Of a DNA stretch of 64,000 bases, positions 9,573 to 19,311 are shown piece after piece (the first letter of the stretch is position 1; each line of letters starts with the position of its first letter). The stretch lies in the NCBI RefSeq assembly GCF_016717175.1, contig NZ_JADKFZ010000004.1, one strand, 5' to 3'. The notes under the pieces were generated by a model that made no database searches, was not told where the DNA came from, and saw only the letters and a list, made by a program, of their open reading frames with translations. The translations under genes were made by a program, and so were the position numbers. Origin of the DNA: Nannocystis sp. GTDB lineage: Bacteria > Myxococcota_A > Polyangia > Nannocystales > Nannocystaceae.

Positions 9573-10217
9573 GTGACTGTCTGGCTTCAGCTGAGCGCCG
9601 GTCACGGGCCGCCCGAGTGCAGCTGGGTGGTGCCGCGGCTGCTCGATGCATTGCTGGCCGCGGCGGCCGCGGCGGGCGTGCGCGCGGTCTGCCTCGATCG
9701 CATCGCCGGCGAGCTGCCGCACACGCTGCGGTCGGCGCTGGTCGAGCTGTCCGAAGGGCCATGTGATGAATTCGCCGCGGGGTGGTGCGGCAGCGTGCTG
9801 TGGGTCGGTCGCAGTCCGTTTCGCCCGGAGCACCGGCGCCGCAACTGGTTCGTGCAAGTCACGCGGATCGCTGCGCCGGACGCCGCGGACGGCGATGAGT
9901 TGGCCGCGCCGCGCCCGGAGGAGCTCGAGATCTCGGCGATGCGCAGCGGCGGCGCCGGCGGGCAGAACGTCAACAAGCGCAGCACCGCGGTGCGCGTGCG
10001 GCACCTGCCGAGCGGGGTCGAGGTGGTCGCTCGCGAGGAGCGCACGCAGGCGGCCAACCGCCGGGCCGCGCTCGCCCGGCTCGCGTGGCTGCTGCGCGAG
10101 CGCGCCGAGGCCCGCCGCGACGCCGGCCTGCGCGCGCAGTGGGACGCCAAGGGCCAGGTCGTGCGCGGCGACCCGCGGCGGGTGTTTCGCGGGCCCGAGT
10201 TCCGGGCCGACGATTGA
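9573..10217 (+). CDS. prfH: Peptide chain release factor H (RF-H, PrfH)
   Basis: N-terminus VWLQLSAGHGPPECSWVV matches E. coli PrfH MILLQLSSAQGPEECCLAV; GGQ motif SGGAGGQNVNK; ~214 aa with no RF domain 1; no rtcB-like partner within the window. Confidence 0.8.
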   Translation: MTVWLQLSAGHGPPECSWVVPRLLDALLAAAAAAGVRAVCLDRIAGELPHTLRSALVELSEGPCDEFAAGWCGSVLWVGRSPFRPEHRRRNWFVQVTRIAAPDAADGDELAAPRPEELEISAMRSGGAGGQNVNKRSTAVRVRHLPSGVEVVAREERTQAANRRAALARLAWLLRERAEARRDAGLRAQWDAKGQVVRGDPRRVFRGPEFRADD

Positions 10218-10295
10218 GCCGCCGCGACTCGACGCGTGCGCGACCGCGTTGACGGTGGGTGTTTCACGGGCCCGAGTCTCGGGCCGACGAATGAG
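10176..10295 (+). repeat. Imperfect tandem duplication (~40 bp, 4 mismatches, 76 bp offset) of the prfH 3' end, each copy containing a GGCCCG-N5-CGGGCC hairpin
   Basis: gggtgtttcGcgggcccgagtTCcgggccgacgaTtgag (10179-10217) vs gggtgtttcAcgggcccgagtCTcgggccgacgaAtgag (10255-10293); ORF 10236-10526 re-encodes ..FTGPSLGPTNE. Confidence 0.7.
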
Positions 10296-10635
10296 CGGGC
10301 AGCGGCGCCGCGAGCTCACGGCGTATTCGTCGTGAGCCGCGGCTACTCGACGGCCCCGGGCGGGACGGCCAGCGGCGCGGCGCACTCGGCCGTGCTCGCG
10401 CGCAGGCCGTCGCGGCAAGTGGCGCCGGCCGTCGCGCTCGCCTGGCAGTTGGGCTGGCCGTCCTGCGGGTGCTCGCACCAGCCGCAGATCGGCTGCGAGG
10501 TGCAGGCCACGCAGTTGTTCTCGTAGTCGGGCCGCTGCCGCACGCGCTCGCGGCCGCGGGGTCGCGGACCGGGGCGTCGCTGCGACAGCCGAGGCCGAGG
10601 CCGAGGATCAAGCCGAACAGAGATAGTGCCCTCAT
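10264..10635 (-). CDS. Small secreted lipoprotein with Cys-rich C-terminal region; apparent frameshift
   Basis: ATG 10635 gives lipoprotein signal MRALSLFGLILGLGLGC (ATGA overlap with upstream gene stop 10632-10634); downstream in that frame is Arg/Ala junk, whereas the -1 frame (ORF 10343-10543) encodes a plausible Cys-rich peptide ..CVACTSQPICGWCEHPQDGQPNCQ.. Confidence 0.35.
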   Translation of the reverse strand: MRALSLFGLILGLGLGCRSDAPVRDPAAASACGSGPTTRTTAWPAPRSRSAAGASTRRTASPTARRARRPAPLAATACARARPSAPRRWPSRPGPSSSRGSRRIRRELAAPLPAHSSARDSGP

Positions 10636-11546
10636 CCCTCGTCCCTCCGAACGCCGGCGATCACGCGCCGGGCCACGATCTTGGTCGCGCGCACCAGGTG
10701 CTGCCCCGGCCAGGTCGCGTCGGGGCGGGTCTCCTCGAACAGCGCGGAGATGCGGATGTACGGCCGCGTGCCCGCGTCGCGGTGGGCGTGGATCTGCAGG
10801 AGCAGCGGGTTGTCGCCGACGACGGTGAGCCGCGCCGTATACACGTGGTCCGAGTCGGAGAAGGGGGTCGGGCGGTACCCCGAATAGCTGAGGATGCGAA
10901 AGTCGATCCGCGGCGCGAAGTACAGGGTCTTCGATTGCCCGGTCGCCAGGCCCGCCTCGAGCACGTAGAAGGTCGGGGCGCTGTGGCCGGCGGTGTAGCC
11001 GAGGTACACCGATATCGCCGCGAAGCGGGCCCCGTGCAGCCGCGCCGGCGTGATCACGTCGACCCGCTCGATCACCCCGTCGATCTGGCTGCCGTACTTG
11101 GCCTGGACCTCGGCGACGGTGGCGAGCAGGTGATCCTCCGGCAACACCTCGCCGATCGCGGTGGCGACGGAGCGCGGCGTGGTCGGCGGCAGGCCCACGC
11201 GGACCATGCCGAGGTGGCCGGTGAAGGGGTCGTAGTCGGGCGCCTCGCGGTCGTGGGTGGCGTGGGCCCGGTAGTAGCGCAGGCCCCCGAGATCGCCGGC
11301 CGGCACCCGCAGGCGCGGCGCCTCGGTGCCGTCGCTGCAGGTCAGGCCGAGGCTCGCGGCCATCGCGTCGAGGGCGTCGCGGTAGCGGTCCCAGTCGAGC
11401 CGGATCTCGCTGGTGTCGTCGAGGTAAGCGGTCAACGCGATCGAGGTCAGGAGGTGATCGTCGACCACGGTGTCTGGGAAGCTCTGTCGCAACATCGACG
11501 TGAGCGCCTCCCGGTCGTCCGGGAGCAGGTCCAATTCCAGCTTCAT
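10632..11546 (-). CDS. Hypothetical protein (304 aa)
   Basis: Non-repetitive, balanced composition; good GC3 frame; stop overlaps start of downstream lipoprotein (ATGA). Confidence 0.55.
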   Translation of the reverse strand: MKLELDLLPDDREALTSMLRQSFPDTVVDDHLLTSIALTAYLDDTSEIRLDWDRYRDALDAMAASLGLTCSDGTEAPRLRVPAGDLGGLRYYRAHATHDREAPDYDPFTGHLGMVRVGLPPTTPRSVATAIGEVLPEDHLLATVAEVQAKYGSQIDGVIERVDVITPARLHGARFAAISVYLGYTAGHSAPTFYVLEAGLATGQSKTLYFAPRIDFRILSYSGYRPTPFSDSDHVYTARLTVVGDNPLLLQIHAHRDAGTRPYIRISALFEETRPDATWPGQHLVRATKIVARRVIAGVRRDEG

Positions 11547-11673
11547 CGCGGCATCCTACGCTCGTGCCCCGCGGCTCGCAGCGGGCGAGTGCGCGCCGAT
11601 GCGAGGGTCGCTCTCGAGGCCGTTCTCGCGGCCGCGCTTGCTATCACTGCGAGGGCCGCCGCGAGGGCCGATC

Positions 11674-12489
11674 TTATTGTTCCGTGGCCGGGTGGATCTG
11701 GCCGCGGATGTCGCCGAAGTAGGTCTGTCCGGTGGTGTGGAGGTTGAAGTAGAGCTCGCCCTCGAGGGCGACCTGCAGCATGCCGGCGATGGTCGAGACC
11801 TTGAGCGGCTTGGTGGTGCCGAACGAGCCGCTCGGGATGATGCAGCCGGCCGTGAAGGCGGCGACGGCCCCATGGGCGTGCTCGACGAGGGCGACGAGGT
11901 GCTCGTTTCGCACCTCGACGGTGAGCGTGCCGTCGGCGAGGTCGGCCTTGAGGTCGGTGGTCAGCGAGAAGTCGACGAGGATCGGGCCGAGGGTGCCGGG
12001 CTTGCCGCAATGGATGTGGAACATGTTGATCGTCGCGGGATCGATGCCCTCGATCTTCACGTCGACGTAGGCCCGGCTGAGGTCCTTGGTGAAGCGGACC
12101 TTGCCGTGGGCGCGGTGACCCGCGGCCTCGCGCGCGGCCCGGGTCTGCGAGGGCGTGCTCGACTGGAACACCTTCGGCGTGGTCTTCGGCGTCTCGGTCT
12201 CCTCGCCGGCCTCCTGGAACGGGCTCAGGTAGGACTCGAACACGAGCCCGATCTCCTTGCCGCGCGAGGGGTCGAGGGCGGTGCTCGCTGCCGGGGCCGG
12301 GGTCGCCGCGATCGGGGCCACCGCGCTCGGGGTCGCGGTCGCGGCGGGGGCCGGGCTTGGCGCGGGTGCGGGGCTCGCCGGCGCGGCGGGAGGCGCCGGG
12401 TCCATGGGCGCGTGGGTGGTGCTCGTGCCGCGGGAATCACAGCCCCACAGCATTGCGACGAGAAGGAGGGAAACGCGGGGACTGGGCAT
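11674..12489 (-). CDS. CHRD-domain lipoprotein
   Basis: ATG 12489 preceded by AGGAG; signal + lipobox LLLVAMLWGC; Pro/Ala-rich linker; CHRD-like core with FHIHCGKPGTLGPILVDF. Confidence 0.7.
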   Translation of the reverse strand: MPSPRVSLLLVAMLWGCDSRGTSTTHAPMDPAPPAAPASPAPAPSPAPAATATPSAVAPIAATPAPAASTALDPSRGKEIGLVFESYLSPFQEAGEETETPKTTPKVFQSSTPSQTRAAREAAGHRAHGKVRFTKDLSRAYVDVKIEGIDPATINMFHIHCGKPGTLGPILVDFSLTTDLKADLADGTLTVEVRNEHLVALVEHAHGAVAAFTAGCIIPSGSFGTTKPLKVSTIAGMLQVALEGELYFNLHTTGQTYFGDIRGQIHPATEQ

Positions 12490-12658
12490 CGAGGGCTCCT
12501 GGGTGCGACCGGCTCGGCGACACCTTAGCGGAGCCCCCGGCCGCCGGGGTGGCGGGAGGTGGACATTGGGTGGTCCAACAATGGACGGTCTGCAGCGCGC
12601 GGGCGCGATCGTGGCCCCGAGCAAGTCGACGCGAGGCGCCGCGCCGACTTGTTCGCTA

Positions 12659-13366
12659 TCACGTCACGATCATGTGCTCGGGCTCGCGGCTGAACTCGGC
12701 GGAGCGGATGGTCTTGCGGGTCCCGTCGATCGCGACGTCGAGCTCGAGGATGAAGGGGCCGATGAAGGTGTTGAAGCCCGGACCGGCCTGCTCGCCCGCC
12801 CGCGAGAAGTCGAGATCGCCGAGCTTGTAGCTGATGTTCAGCTCGGTCCCGGCCGGCACCCGCGCGTCCCAGGGCGTGTAGGTGCCCTCGCCGGCCTTCC
12901 ACTGCGTCGGCTTGCGCAGGGTCGTGCTGCCGGCCACGCGCTTGCTCGTCGGGTCGAGCACGCGGACGGCCTCGACGCGAAACTGGCCCGCGAACTCGCT
13001 GTTCACGGCCAGCTGCACGGTGGATTGGGTGCAGGGCTGGCGGAAGCTGTCGCCCTGCTGGGCCGAACGCGCCATGGCGCCGGCGGCCACCTCGCTCGAC
13101 CGGGGCGGCTCGTCGGCGGAGGCCGCCGGGGCGGGATCGGGGCAGTCCGAGTGCAGCTGCACCGATGCGACGGCGACGCGGAAATCAGCGGGGGACTCGG
13201 GCGGCGGGGTCACCGATCCGGTCGGGTCGACCGGCGGCGGCGGGGCGTAGTGCGAGGGCGTCGAGCCGTCGACCGGCGGCGGCGTGTACGAAGGGGTGGC
13301 GCTGTCCCACGCGGCACAGGCGGCGAGCAGCAGGACGACGAGCGGAGTGAGGCGCATTGCGGACAT
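12659..13366 (-). CDS. Hypothetical lipoprotein
   Basis: MSAMRLTPLVVLLLAACAAWDS lipoprotein signal; Pro-rich linker then beta-rich domain; upstream part of ORF 12659-16267 is shadow of the S8 peptidase gene. Confidence 0.6.
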   Translation of the reverse strand: MSAMRLTPLVVLLLAACAAWDSATPSYTPPPVDGSTPSHYAPPPPVDPTGSVTPPPESPADFRVAVASVQLHSDCPDPAPAASADEPPRSSEVAAGAMARSAQQGDSFRQPCTQSTVQLAVNSEFAGQFRVEAVRVLDPTSKRVAGSTTLRKPTQWKAGEGTYTPWDARVPAGTELNISYKLGDLDFSRAGEQAGPGFNTFIGPFILELDVAIDGTRKTIRSAEFSREPEHMIVT

Positions 13367-13600
13367 TGAGAGGACCCCCAGGTGGATGATGCCAGCATCC
13401 AACGCCGGTCGACGCGGTCGGCCTACAGTCGGCGCGCGACGTTCGTTCGCGGGCGCGTTCGCTCGCGCGCGGGGCGGCACCTGCAAGCGTTGCACGCCGC
13501 TGCAGGGCCTGCGGCCGTGGGTCGACGGGTTGTCCATGATCTCGGCCCGCTCGCGTTGGCGCGGTAGTTGCGAACAGGGTGACCCCACGGAGATCCTTCG

Positions 13601-14008
13601 ATGACCACGCTCTCGCGTCCGCAGAAATTCACCCTGGAATCGCTCTACCTCCCTATCCCGGCGAGCTTGGGCGAGGACGGCCCCCCCGCGCACGGCGTGA
13701 AGCTCGGGCTCACCGGTCGCGCTGGGAGCTCCAATCTGGTCGGCACCCTGCAGCTCGACCCCAACGCCTGCACCCTCAATTCGTTCGGGGACCGCGAGAT
13801 GTGCACCAAGATCGCGATTCGCTCGACGTCGGTGACCGCCACCCTGATGCCCGTCCCCGATCCCAAGGGGCTCCACCGCAGCTACTACATGCTGCAGGGC
13901 GAGCACCTCGCGCCGTTGACGGCGCTGATCGTGGATCCGCAGCACCAGCGGCACTATCTCAAGTGCAACGATACGATCGTCGCGCTGTTCCCCGACGACG
14001 GCGCCTGA
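13601..14008 (+). CDS. Hypothetical small protein (135 aa), possibly co-transcribed with the S8 peptidase
   Basis: Locally lower GC, non-repetitive sequence; 13 bp upstream of the peptidase ATG. Confidence 0.5.
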   Translation: MTTLSRPQKFTLESLYLPIPASLGEDGPPAHGVKLGLTGRAGSSNLVGTLQLDPNACTLNSFGDREMCTKIAIRSTSVTATLMPVPDPKGLHRSYYMLQGEHLAPLTALIVDPQHQRHYLKCNDTIVALFPDDGA

Positions 14009-14020
14009 GATACGGACATC

Positions 14021-16660
14021 ATGCTCGCCACGCTCGTCCGCTGGGGATATCCACACAAGGCGCGCACTGAGCCCGGCGCCTGGGGCGACGCGCAATTCGA
14101 CGCGTCGTGGCCGATGGAGGCGATCGACGCGCCCGGGGCCTGGCTGGTCCCTGCGAGCGGGCGCTGCTCGGTGGCCGTGGTCGACACCGGGGTGTACATC
14201 CAGCACCGGGATCTGGCGGGCTGCCGCGCCGTCGCCGGCACGGCCTGGACCGACGCCGCGGGCCACGGCACCGCGGTGGCCGGGGTGGTCGCGGCGAGCC
14301 ACGGCGCCGGCCTCGGGCTCGCGGGTGTATGTCCAGACGTCGGGCTCGCGGCGTACCTCGCCGACGACCAGCTGCTCGACGTGCTCAGCATCCCGGCGCT
14401 CGGCCTGACCCCGCGTCTGACCCGGCTGCTGGCGGCGCTGGCCGAGCTGCACGCGTCGATGGCCGCGCAGCCGCGGCCGGACATCCGCGCGGTCACCCTG
14501 GCCAAGGCCGGGGCGCGAGCGACGGCGAAGGAGGCCGAGGACGAGTGCCGCACGCACTTCCTCGCGCCGATCCGCGACCTGCTCGCCGACGATCTGGTGG
14601 TCGTGCTCGGCGGCGCCAATGCTCCGGTGCCGGCCGCTCGCTGCGTCCCGGCGGCGGTGCAGGGCCTGCTCGGCGGGCACGAGGGCGTGATTGTCGTATC
14701 GGGCAGCGAGCCGCCGTGGGGCAGCCCGTGGGAGCGCAACGCGGACCTCTGCTATCCGGGCCAGGACGACGTCGATCTGTGGGCGCCGGGCGGGCTGCAG
14801 ACCACGCTGGGGATCGCAGATCCGGCGCACTACAACGAATGCCCGGCGGTGGCGAGCGGGCCGACGCCGCTCAACGCCGGCAACTCGCTGGCGATCCCCC
14901 ACGTCGCCGGGGTGGCTGCGTTGCTGGTGCGGATCGATCCGACGCTGGGCGGCGCGGCGGTCGGGCGCCTGATCCGCGAGACCGCGGAGGAGCAGCGCAA
15001 CGCCGCCCACAAGCCGGCGATCCGGGTGCTCAACGCCTTCGCCGCGGCGCTGCGGGCCCACAATCGGGCGTGTCCGGACGCGCAGCTCGCCGGCTATCGC
15101 GTGATGATCCCGCATCGCCTCGAGTTCGTCGGCGGGCCCGAGGAGCTCGAGGGGGCCGTGCTGGTGCTCAGCTCGCCCGGCCACGCGGATCAGGTGGAGG
15201 TGCCATTTGTCTATCTGCCGAAGATCGGCGGACTCTATGCGTGGTGTCGATTCACCGCGCCGGCGTCGCTGCCGCTCGTCGCTGAATTGCAGCACACGAT
15301 CAAGAAGCACGGCGGCGCGAGCGTGACGCGCTGCCTGTGGCGCGGCGCGCTGACCTCGCTGATCGCGGGGGCCCCGGCCGGCGCGGTGAACAGCGCGTGG
15401 TGTCACCCGGCGTGCCCCGAGCTGCGGACGATCCGGCTGCAGGGGCTGGCGATGACGCTGGTCCACGCCGCCGATCCGGCCCGCCCGATCGCGCGGGCGA
15501 AGCTGCGGCTGCGGCACTGCGCGAACGGCAGCGAGTCGGTCTGCGAGACGGCGCTCGACGGCAGCTTCCTGCTGCCCTTCGTCGAGCCCGGGCCGCACGA
15601 GCTGCTCGGCGCCGACATCCCGGGCCTGCCGGGCGGGCTCTGTGTGGCCATGACCCTCGACGAGGGCAAGCTGTACGTCAGCGATCCGGCGACCGGGACG
15701 CAGCCGTTCCTGTCGGTGATGGCGCCGCCGCGGCGCAGCCCGTGGATCGGTCTCTGGGCCGGCGAGGTCGAGCTGGCCGGGGCCGTGGCGCCGGGCAAGG
15801 ACTGCGACGAGGTCGCGGGCGCGGTGACCGTGACGATGCGCGGCAAGCCGCTCGACCGCACCCGCGTGCTCGACCGCTGCATCGAGGCGATCAGCGGGGA
15901 CCACAGCAGCTACGAGGAATTCACCGAGGAGTTCGGCGCGATGCCGGAGGAGGACATGCCGGAGTTTGGCCGCAAGATCACGCGCGTGTTCTCGACGGCG
16001 CTGTGGCGGCTCACCGGGGCGCCGGCCAGCGAGGCGCAGGAGCTGGCGATGGACGACGCGCGCGAGGTGTCGCTGCTCGACTGGAAGGAGGTCGCGCTGC
16101 CGCCGGGCTTCCTGGTCGCCGAGGGAGCCGACGGGCTCGCTGTGTCGCTCGACCTGCGCGAGCTCAGTCGCCGTTTCCTGCAGGCGCACCTCGAGCGCCC
16201 GGACGAGCTGGCGTTCCCCTACGAGCTCGACCTCACCTTCGCGTGGTCGCTCGGCTACCAGACCCACGCGGCCGCCGACGCGAGCACGGCCTACGAGCTG
16301 CGCATCGCCCTCGTCGAGCGGGACCTCGCGCCGATGCCGGTCCCGTGGGCGGTGGTGCCGACCGAGGGCTGGCCGCGGCGCTGGCGGCTCGTGGCCGGGC
16401 CGCTGGCGGGGCCGATCGAGCTGTCGACCGCGCCGGGCAGCCCGCTGCGGATCTCGGCCGACCCGGAGCCGGCGCCGCCGGGGTGTACATCGGCGATCGT
16501 CGAGGAGCCGGCCGACACCTCGCCGGACGCGGCACGAGTGTTTGCGATCGGGCCGGCGGGGGAGGTCGGCGTGATCTCGCGGTGGCTATCCGTGGGCGAG
16601 GCGACCGCGGTCGCGAGCCATATCATCGTCACGCGCCGCGGCGCGCCGGTGCCTGCGTAG
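14021..16660 (+). CDS. Subtilisin-like serine peptidase (S8) with ~500-aa C-terminal extension; no signal peptide or propeptide
   Basis: Catalytic triad motifs VAVVDTGV (Asp), HGTAVAGVVAA (His), GNSLAIPHVAGVAALL (Ser). Confidence 0.8.
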   Translation: MLATLVRWGYPHKARTEPGAWGDAQFDASWPMEAIDAPGAWLVPASGRCSVAVVDTGVYIQHRDLAGCRAVAGTAWTDAAGHGTAVAGVVAASHGAGLGLAGVCPDVGLAAYLADDQLLDVLSIPALGLTPRLTRLLAALAELHASMAAQPRPDIRAVTLAKAGARATAKEAEDECRTHFLAPIRDLLADDLVVVLGGANAPVPAARCVPAAVQGLLGGHEGVIVVSGSEPPWGSPWERNADLCYPGQDDVDLWAPGGLQTTLGIADPAHYNECPAVASGPTPLNAGNSLAIPHVAGVAALLVRIDPTLGGAAVGRLIRETAEEQRNAAHKPAIRVLNAFAAALRAHNRACPDAQLAGYRVMIPHRLEFVGGPEELEGAVLVLSSPGHADQVEVPFVYLPKIGGLYAWCRFTAPASLPLVAELQHTIKKHGGASVTRCLWRGALTSLIAGAPAGAVNSAWCHPACPELRTIRLQGLAMTLVHAADPARPIARAKLRLRHCANGSESVCETALDGSFLLPFVEPGPHELLGADIPGLPGGLCVAMTLDEGKLYVSDPATGTQPFLSVMAPPRRSPWIGLWAGEVELAGAVAPGKDCDEVAGAVTVTMRGKPLDRTRVLDRCIEAISGDHSSYEEFTEEFGAMPEEDMPEFGRKITRVFSTALWRLTGAPASEAQELAMDDAREVSLLDWKEVALPPGFLVAEGADGLAVSLDLRELSRRFLQAHLERPDELAFPYELDLTFAWSLGYQTHAAADASTAYELRIALVERDLAPMPVPWAVVPTEGWPRRWRLVAGPLAGPIELSTAPGSPLRISADPEPAPPGCTSAIVEEPADTSPDAARVFAIGPAGEVGVISRWLSVGEATAVASHIIVTRRGAPVPA

Positions 16661-16718
16661 GTGGTATTCGCCGGCTCACCCGCGTGACGTCGGCGGACTC
16701 GCGGTGGGCGACGATCGC

Positions 16719-19085
16719 TCAGCGAGGGCCGTCGCCCTGGCCCTCGGGGAGCGGGTAGCGACCGAGCAGCTGTTCGGCGGCCGCGAGCGCCGCCTCGACG
16801 CGGGCGAGCGCGACGGCATCCTCGGTGTCGGTGATCCGCGGGCGCAGACGCTGGAGCGCCCGCCGGTTGAGGCCGAGGCCGAGCGGCGAGCCCTTCTCGC
16901 GGTTGAGGCCGATCGAGGAGGCGAGCACGCCGAGTGACTCGCGGATCTGGCCGGTCTCGGCCAGGAGGTCGGCGAGGGCGGCGGTCGTGCGGGCCATGCC
17001 GATCGCGTCGCCGAGCGAGCGCTGGACCTCGAGGGCGGCGGCGAGGCGCTGGCCGGCGCGCTCATGTCGACGCTTGGCGATCTCGATGCGGCCCATGGTC
17101 TCCCACACGCGGGCGACCGCGCGGGCGTCCCCGAGGCGGCGCAGCAGCTTCTCGGCGACCAGCGCGTGGTCGAGGGCCATCGACAGGGCGTCGTCCTCGC
17201 GACCCGGGCGCAGCGGCGCGTGCAGGGGCACGCGCGCGAGCAGGTGGTGGGTATCGGCGAGCTCGCGGAGGGCGACCTTGTCGTCGTCGCCGGCGGCCTC
17301 GAAGACCTGGCGCGAGCTGACCAGCAGGTGGGTCGCTCGCACGTGATCGCCGAGGCGGATGTAGATCGCCGCCTGGTCGTTGAGGAGGGCCGCTGCGCCG
17401 CGGGCGTCGCCAGCGGCCATGAGGGCCTGGCTGGCGGACATCAGGGCGGCGAGCGCCTCCTCGAGCGCCCGCAGGTCGCCGCGATCGTAGCCGACACCGG
17501 CGATCACCAGGGCGACCTCGGCCTGCAGCGCGGGCGGATCGCCGGGCACCACGGCCGCGAGCGCTTGCCGGGCCGTGATCAAAGCTGTCTCGAGGGTCAG
17601 GTGCGCGTCGGTGCCGAGGTCGGTGCCGAGGCTGGACCACTGGATGCGGGCGAGCTCGATGAGCGCGGCGATCCGCAGGCGTCGACGCGCGTCGGTCGGG
17701 GCCAGGCGCTCGAGGATCGCCAGGGCCCGGCGGGCGTGGCCGAGGCCCTGCGCGCCGAGGCCCTGGTCGGCGGCCTGGCGGGCGGCCTGGATGTAGCGCG
17801 CCGCGGCGTCGTCAGCCTCGTCGATCGCGTGGAGATGCGAGGCCGCTCGGGCCGCGTCCGGGCTGCGTCGGTGGCGGTGCGGGGCGTGCACGTGCGGGTG
17901 CTCTGCGCGCGGGACCGGAGCCTGCGGGGTTGGGCTCGCTGGCGCGGGCGCCGGGGCTGGCGCGGGCTGCAACTCGATGGTGACGGCGTGCGGCGTGGTG
18001 ACGGCGGGCGGCGCGGGCGGCGGATCGGTGGTGATCGTGGGCGGCGGATCTGTGGTGATCGTGGGCGGCGGATCGGCGGTGATCGCGGGCGCTGGATCGG
18101 TGGTGATCGTGGCTGGCGTCGAGGCGGTGATCGTGGCTGGCGTCGGGGTCGACTCGGCCGCGCTGAGCAGCGCGGCCTCGCGGGCCTGCGTGTCGCTCGC
18201 GGCCTCGGCATCGGCGCGGCCGGTCTGGAGCGGGTCGCCGCCGAGGATCTCGGCGAGGCGACGATGCCAGTAGTTGGCCAGCGACGGGGTGATGCCGGCG
18301 CGCAACGCCTCGACGATCGCGGGCGGCATGTGGATCCGGCCCTCGCCGCGATCCTCGAGCGGCACGCCGTGATCGATCGCGGCCTGCAGGTGCAGCAGCA
18401 CGGCCAGCGGGCGCTGCTCGAGCAGCGTCGCGCACAGCTCGACCTCGAAGCCGGTGCCGATCGTCGCGCCGGCTCGCAGGGTGGTGAGCGGCTCGGGCCC
18501 GAGGCCGCGCAGGCTCGTGGGGTCGGGGGTGGGGGTCGTCGCGGTCGCCGACTCGCCCGCCGGGGCCTGGATGACGGCGGCGAGGCCCTCGCTCGCGAGC
18601 AGCGCGGCGAGCAGGGAGCCCGCGGCGCCCGCTGGCTCGCGTGAGCGGAACATCAGGAGGATCGGCAGGCGCATCCATCCGGGGCGAAGGATGATCTGGT
18701 GGAGGATCGCTAGGGTCGCCGGGTCCGCGGCCTCGACGGCCTCGAAGACGAGGATCGATCGCCGGGGGTCGCCGTCGGCGAGGCGATTGCCGAGATCGAC
18801 GAGGACGGCGTCGATCTCGGTCGTCGGCGGCTCGCCGAGGAGGCGGCGCCGCAGGCCGCCCAGGACCCGGTCGCGGGCCTGCTCGAGGATCGGCGCCTCG
18901 CCGAGGACGAGCTCGAGGCGGCGACGGGCGTCGTGGAGGGGCCCGAGGGTCGAGGGTGGCACGTCGCAGCTGACCCGGATGAGCCGCAGTTCGCCGGGGG
19001 CGGCCGGCATCGGCAGGCCCACGAGGGCGGCGTGGCGGCCGCTGAGGAGGCGCTCCCAGATTCCGTGGCGATCGGTGTCAGGCAT
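16719..19085 (-). CDS. Large TPR-repeat protein with internal TITTDPPP tandem repeats
   Basis: 788 aa; C-terminal half alpha-helical TPR-like; central low-complexity repeat encoded by a 24-bp tandem array. Confidence 0.6.
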   Translation of the reverse strand: MPDTDRHGIWERLLSGRHAALVGLPMPAAPGELRLIRVSCDVPPSTLGPLHDARRRLELVLGEAPILEQARDRVLGGLRRRLLGEPPTTEIDAVLVDLGNRLADGDPRRSILVFEAVEAADPATLAILHQIILRPGWMRLPILLMFRSREPAGAAGSLLAALLASEGLAAVIQAPAGESATATTPTPDPTSLRGLGPEPLTTLRAGATIGTGFEVELCATLLEQRPLAVLLHLQAAIDHGVPLEDRGEGRIHMPPAIVEALRAGITPSLANYWHRRLAEILGGDPLQTGRADAEAASDTQAREAALLSAAESTPTPATITASTPATITTDPAPAITADPPPTITTDPPPTITTDPPPAPPAVTTPHAVTIELQPAPAPAPAPASPTPQAPVPRAEHPHVHAPHRHRRSPDAARAASHLHAIDEADDAAARYIQAARQAADQGLGAQGLGHARRALAILERLAPTDARRRLRIAALIELARIQWSSLGTDLGTDAHLTLETALITARQALAAVVPGDPPALQAEVALVIAGVGYDRGDLRALEEALAALMSASQALMAAGDARGAAALLNDQAAIYIRLGDHVRATHLLVSSRQVFEAAGDDDKVALRELADTHHLLARVPLHAPLRPGREDDALSMALDHALVAEKLLRRLGDARAVARVWETMGRIEIAKRRHERAGQRLAAALEVQRSLGDAIGMARTTAALADLLAETGQIRESLGVLASSIGLNREKGSPLGLGLNRRALQRLRPRITDTEDAVALARVEAALAAAEQLLGRYPLPEGQGDGPR
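18018..18145. repeat. 24-bp tandem repeat (~5 copies, ggcggcggatcggtggtgatcgtg) inside the TPR protein gene
   Basis: Direct inspection; encodes ATITASTPATITTDPAPAITADPPPTITTDPPPTITTDPPP. Confidence 0.7.
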
Positions 19086-19311
19086 CGCGGCACTTTGCCA
19101 CGCCCCGGCGGCGAATCGTCATTCAATCGTTCGTGGCGCGGGACGTGGATTCCTGCGCGCGCGGCGGACGCAATGCTTGCACTTGTGATACACATCGATA
19201 TGGGAGTGGAACGACGGGCCAGCGATGGCCTGGCGCGGTCGGCCCCGCGACGATCGTCGGCCCGCGCCGGGCTGATGCCCGGCCACGCATGCGTGATACC
19301 CTGCCGCGACG

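Noticed and set aside
16719-19085. Whether the large TPR protein is the NTPase or sensor partner of the neighbouring SLOG-SLATT gene
   Set aside because: No Walker A/B motifs are recognisable in its N-terminal half. It is divergently transcribed and most simply annotated as a TPR scaffold of unknown function.
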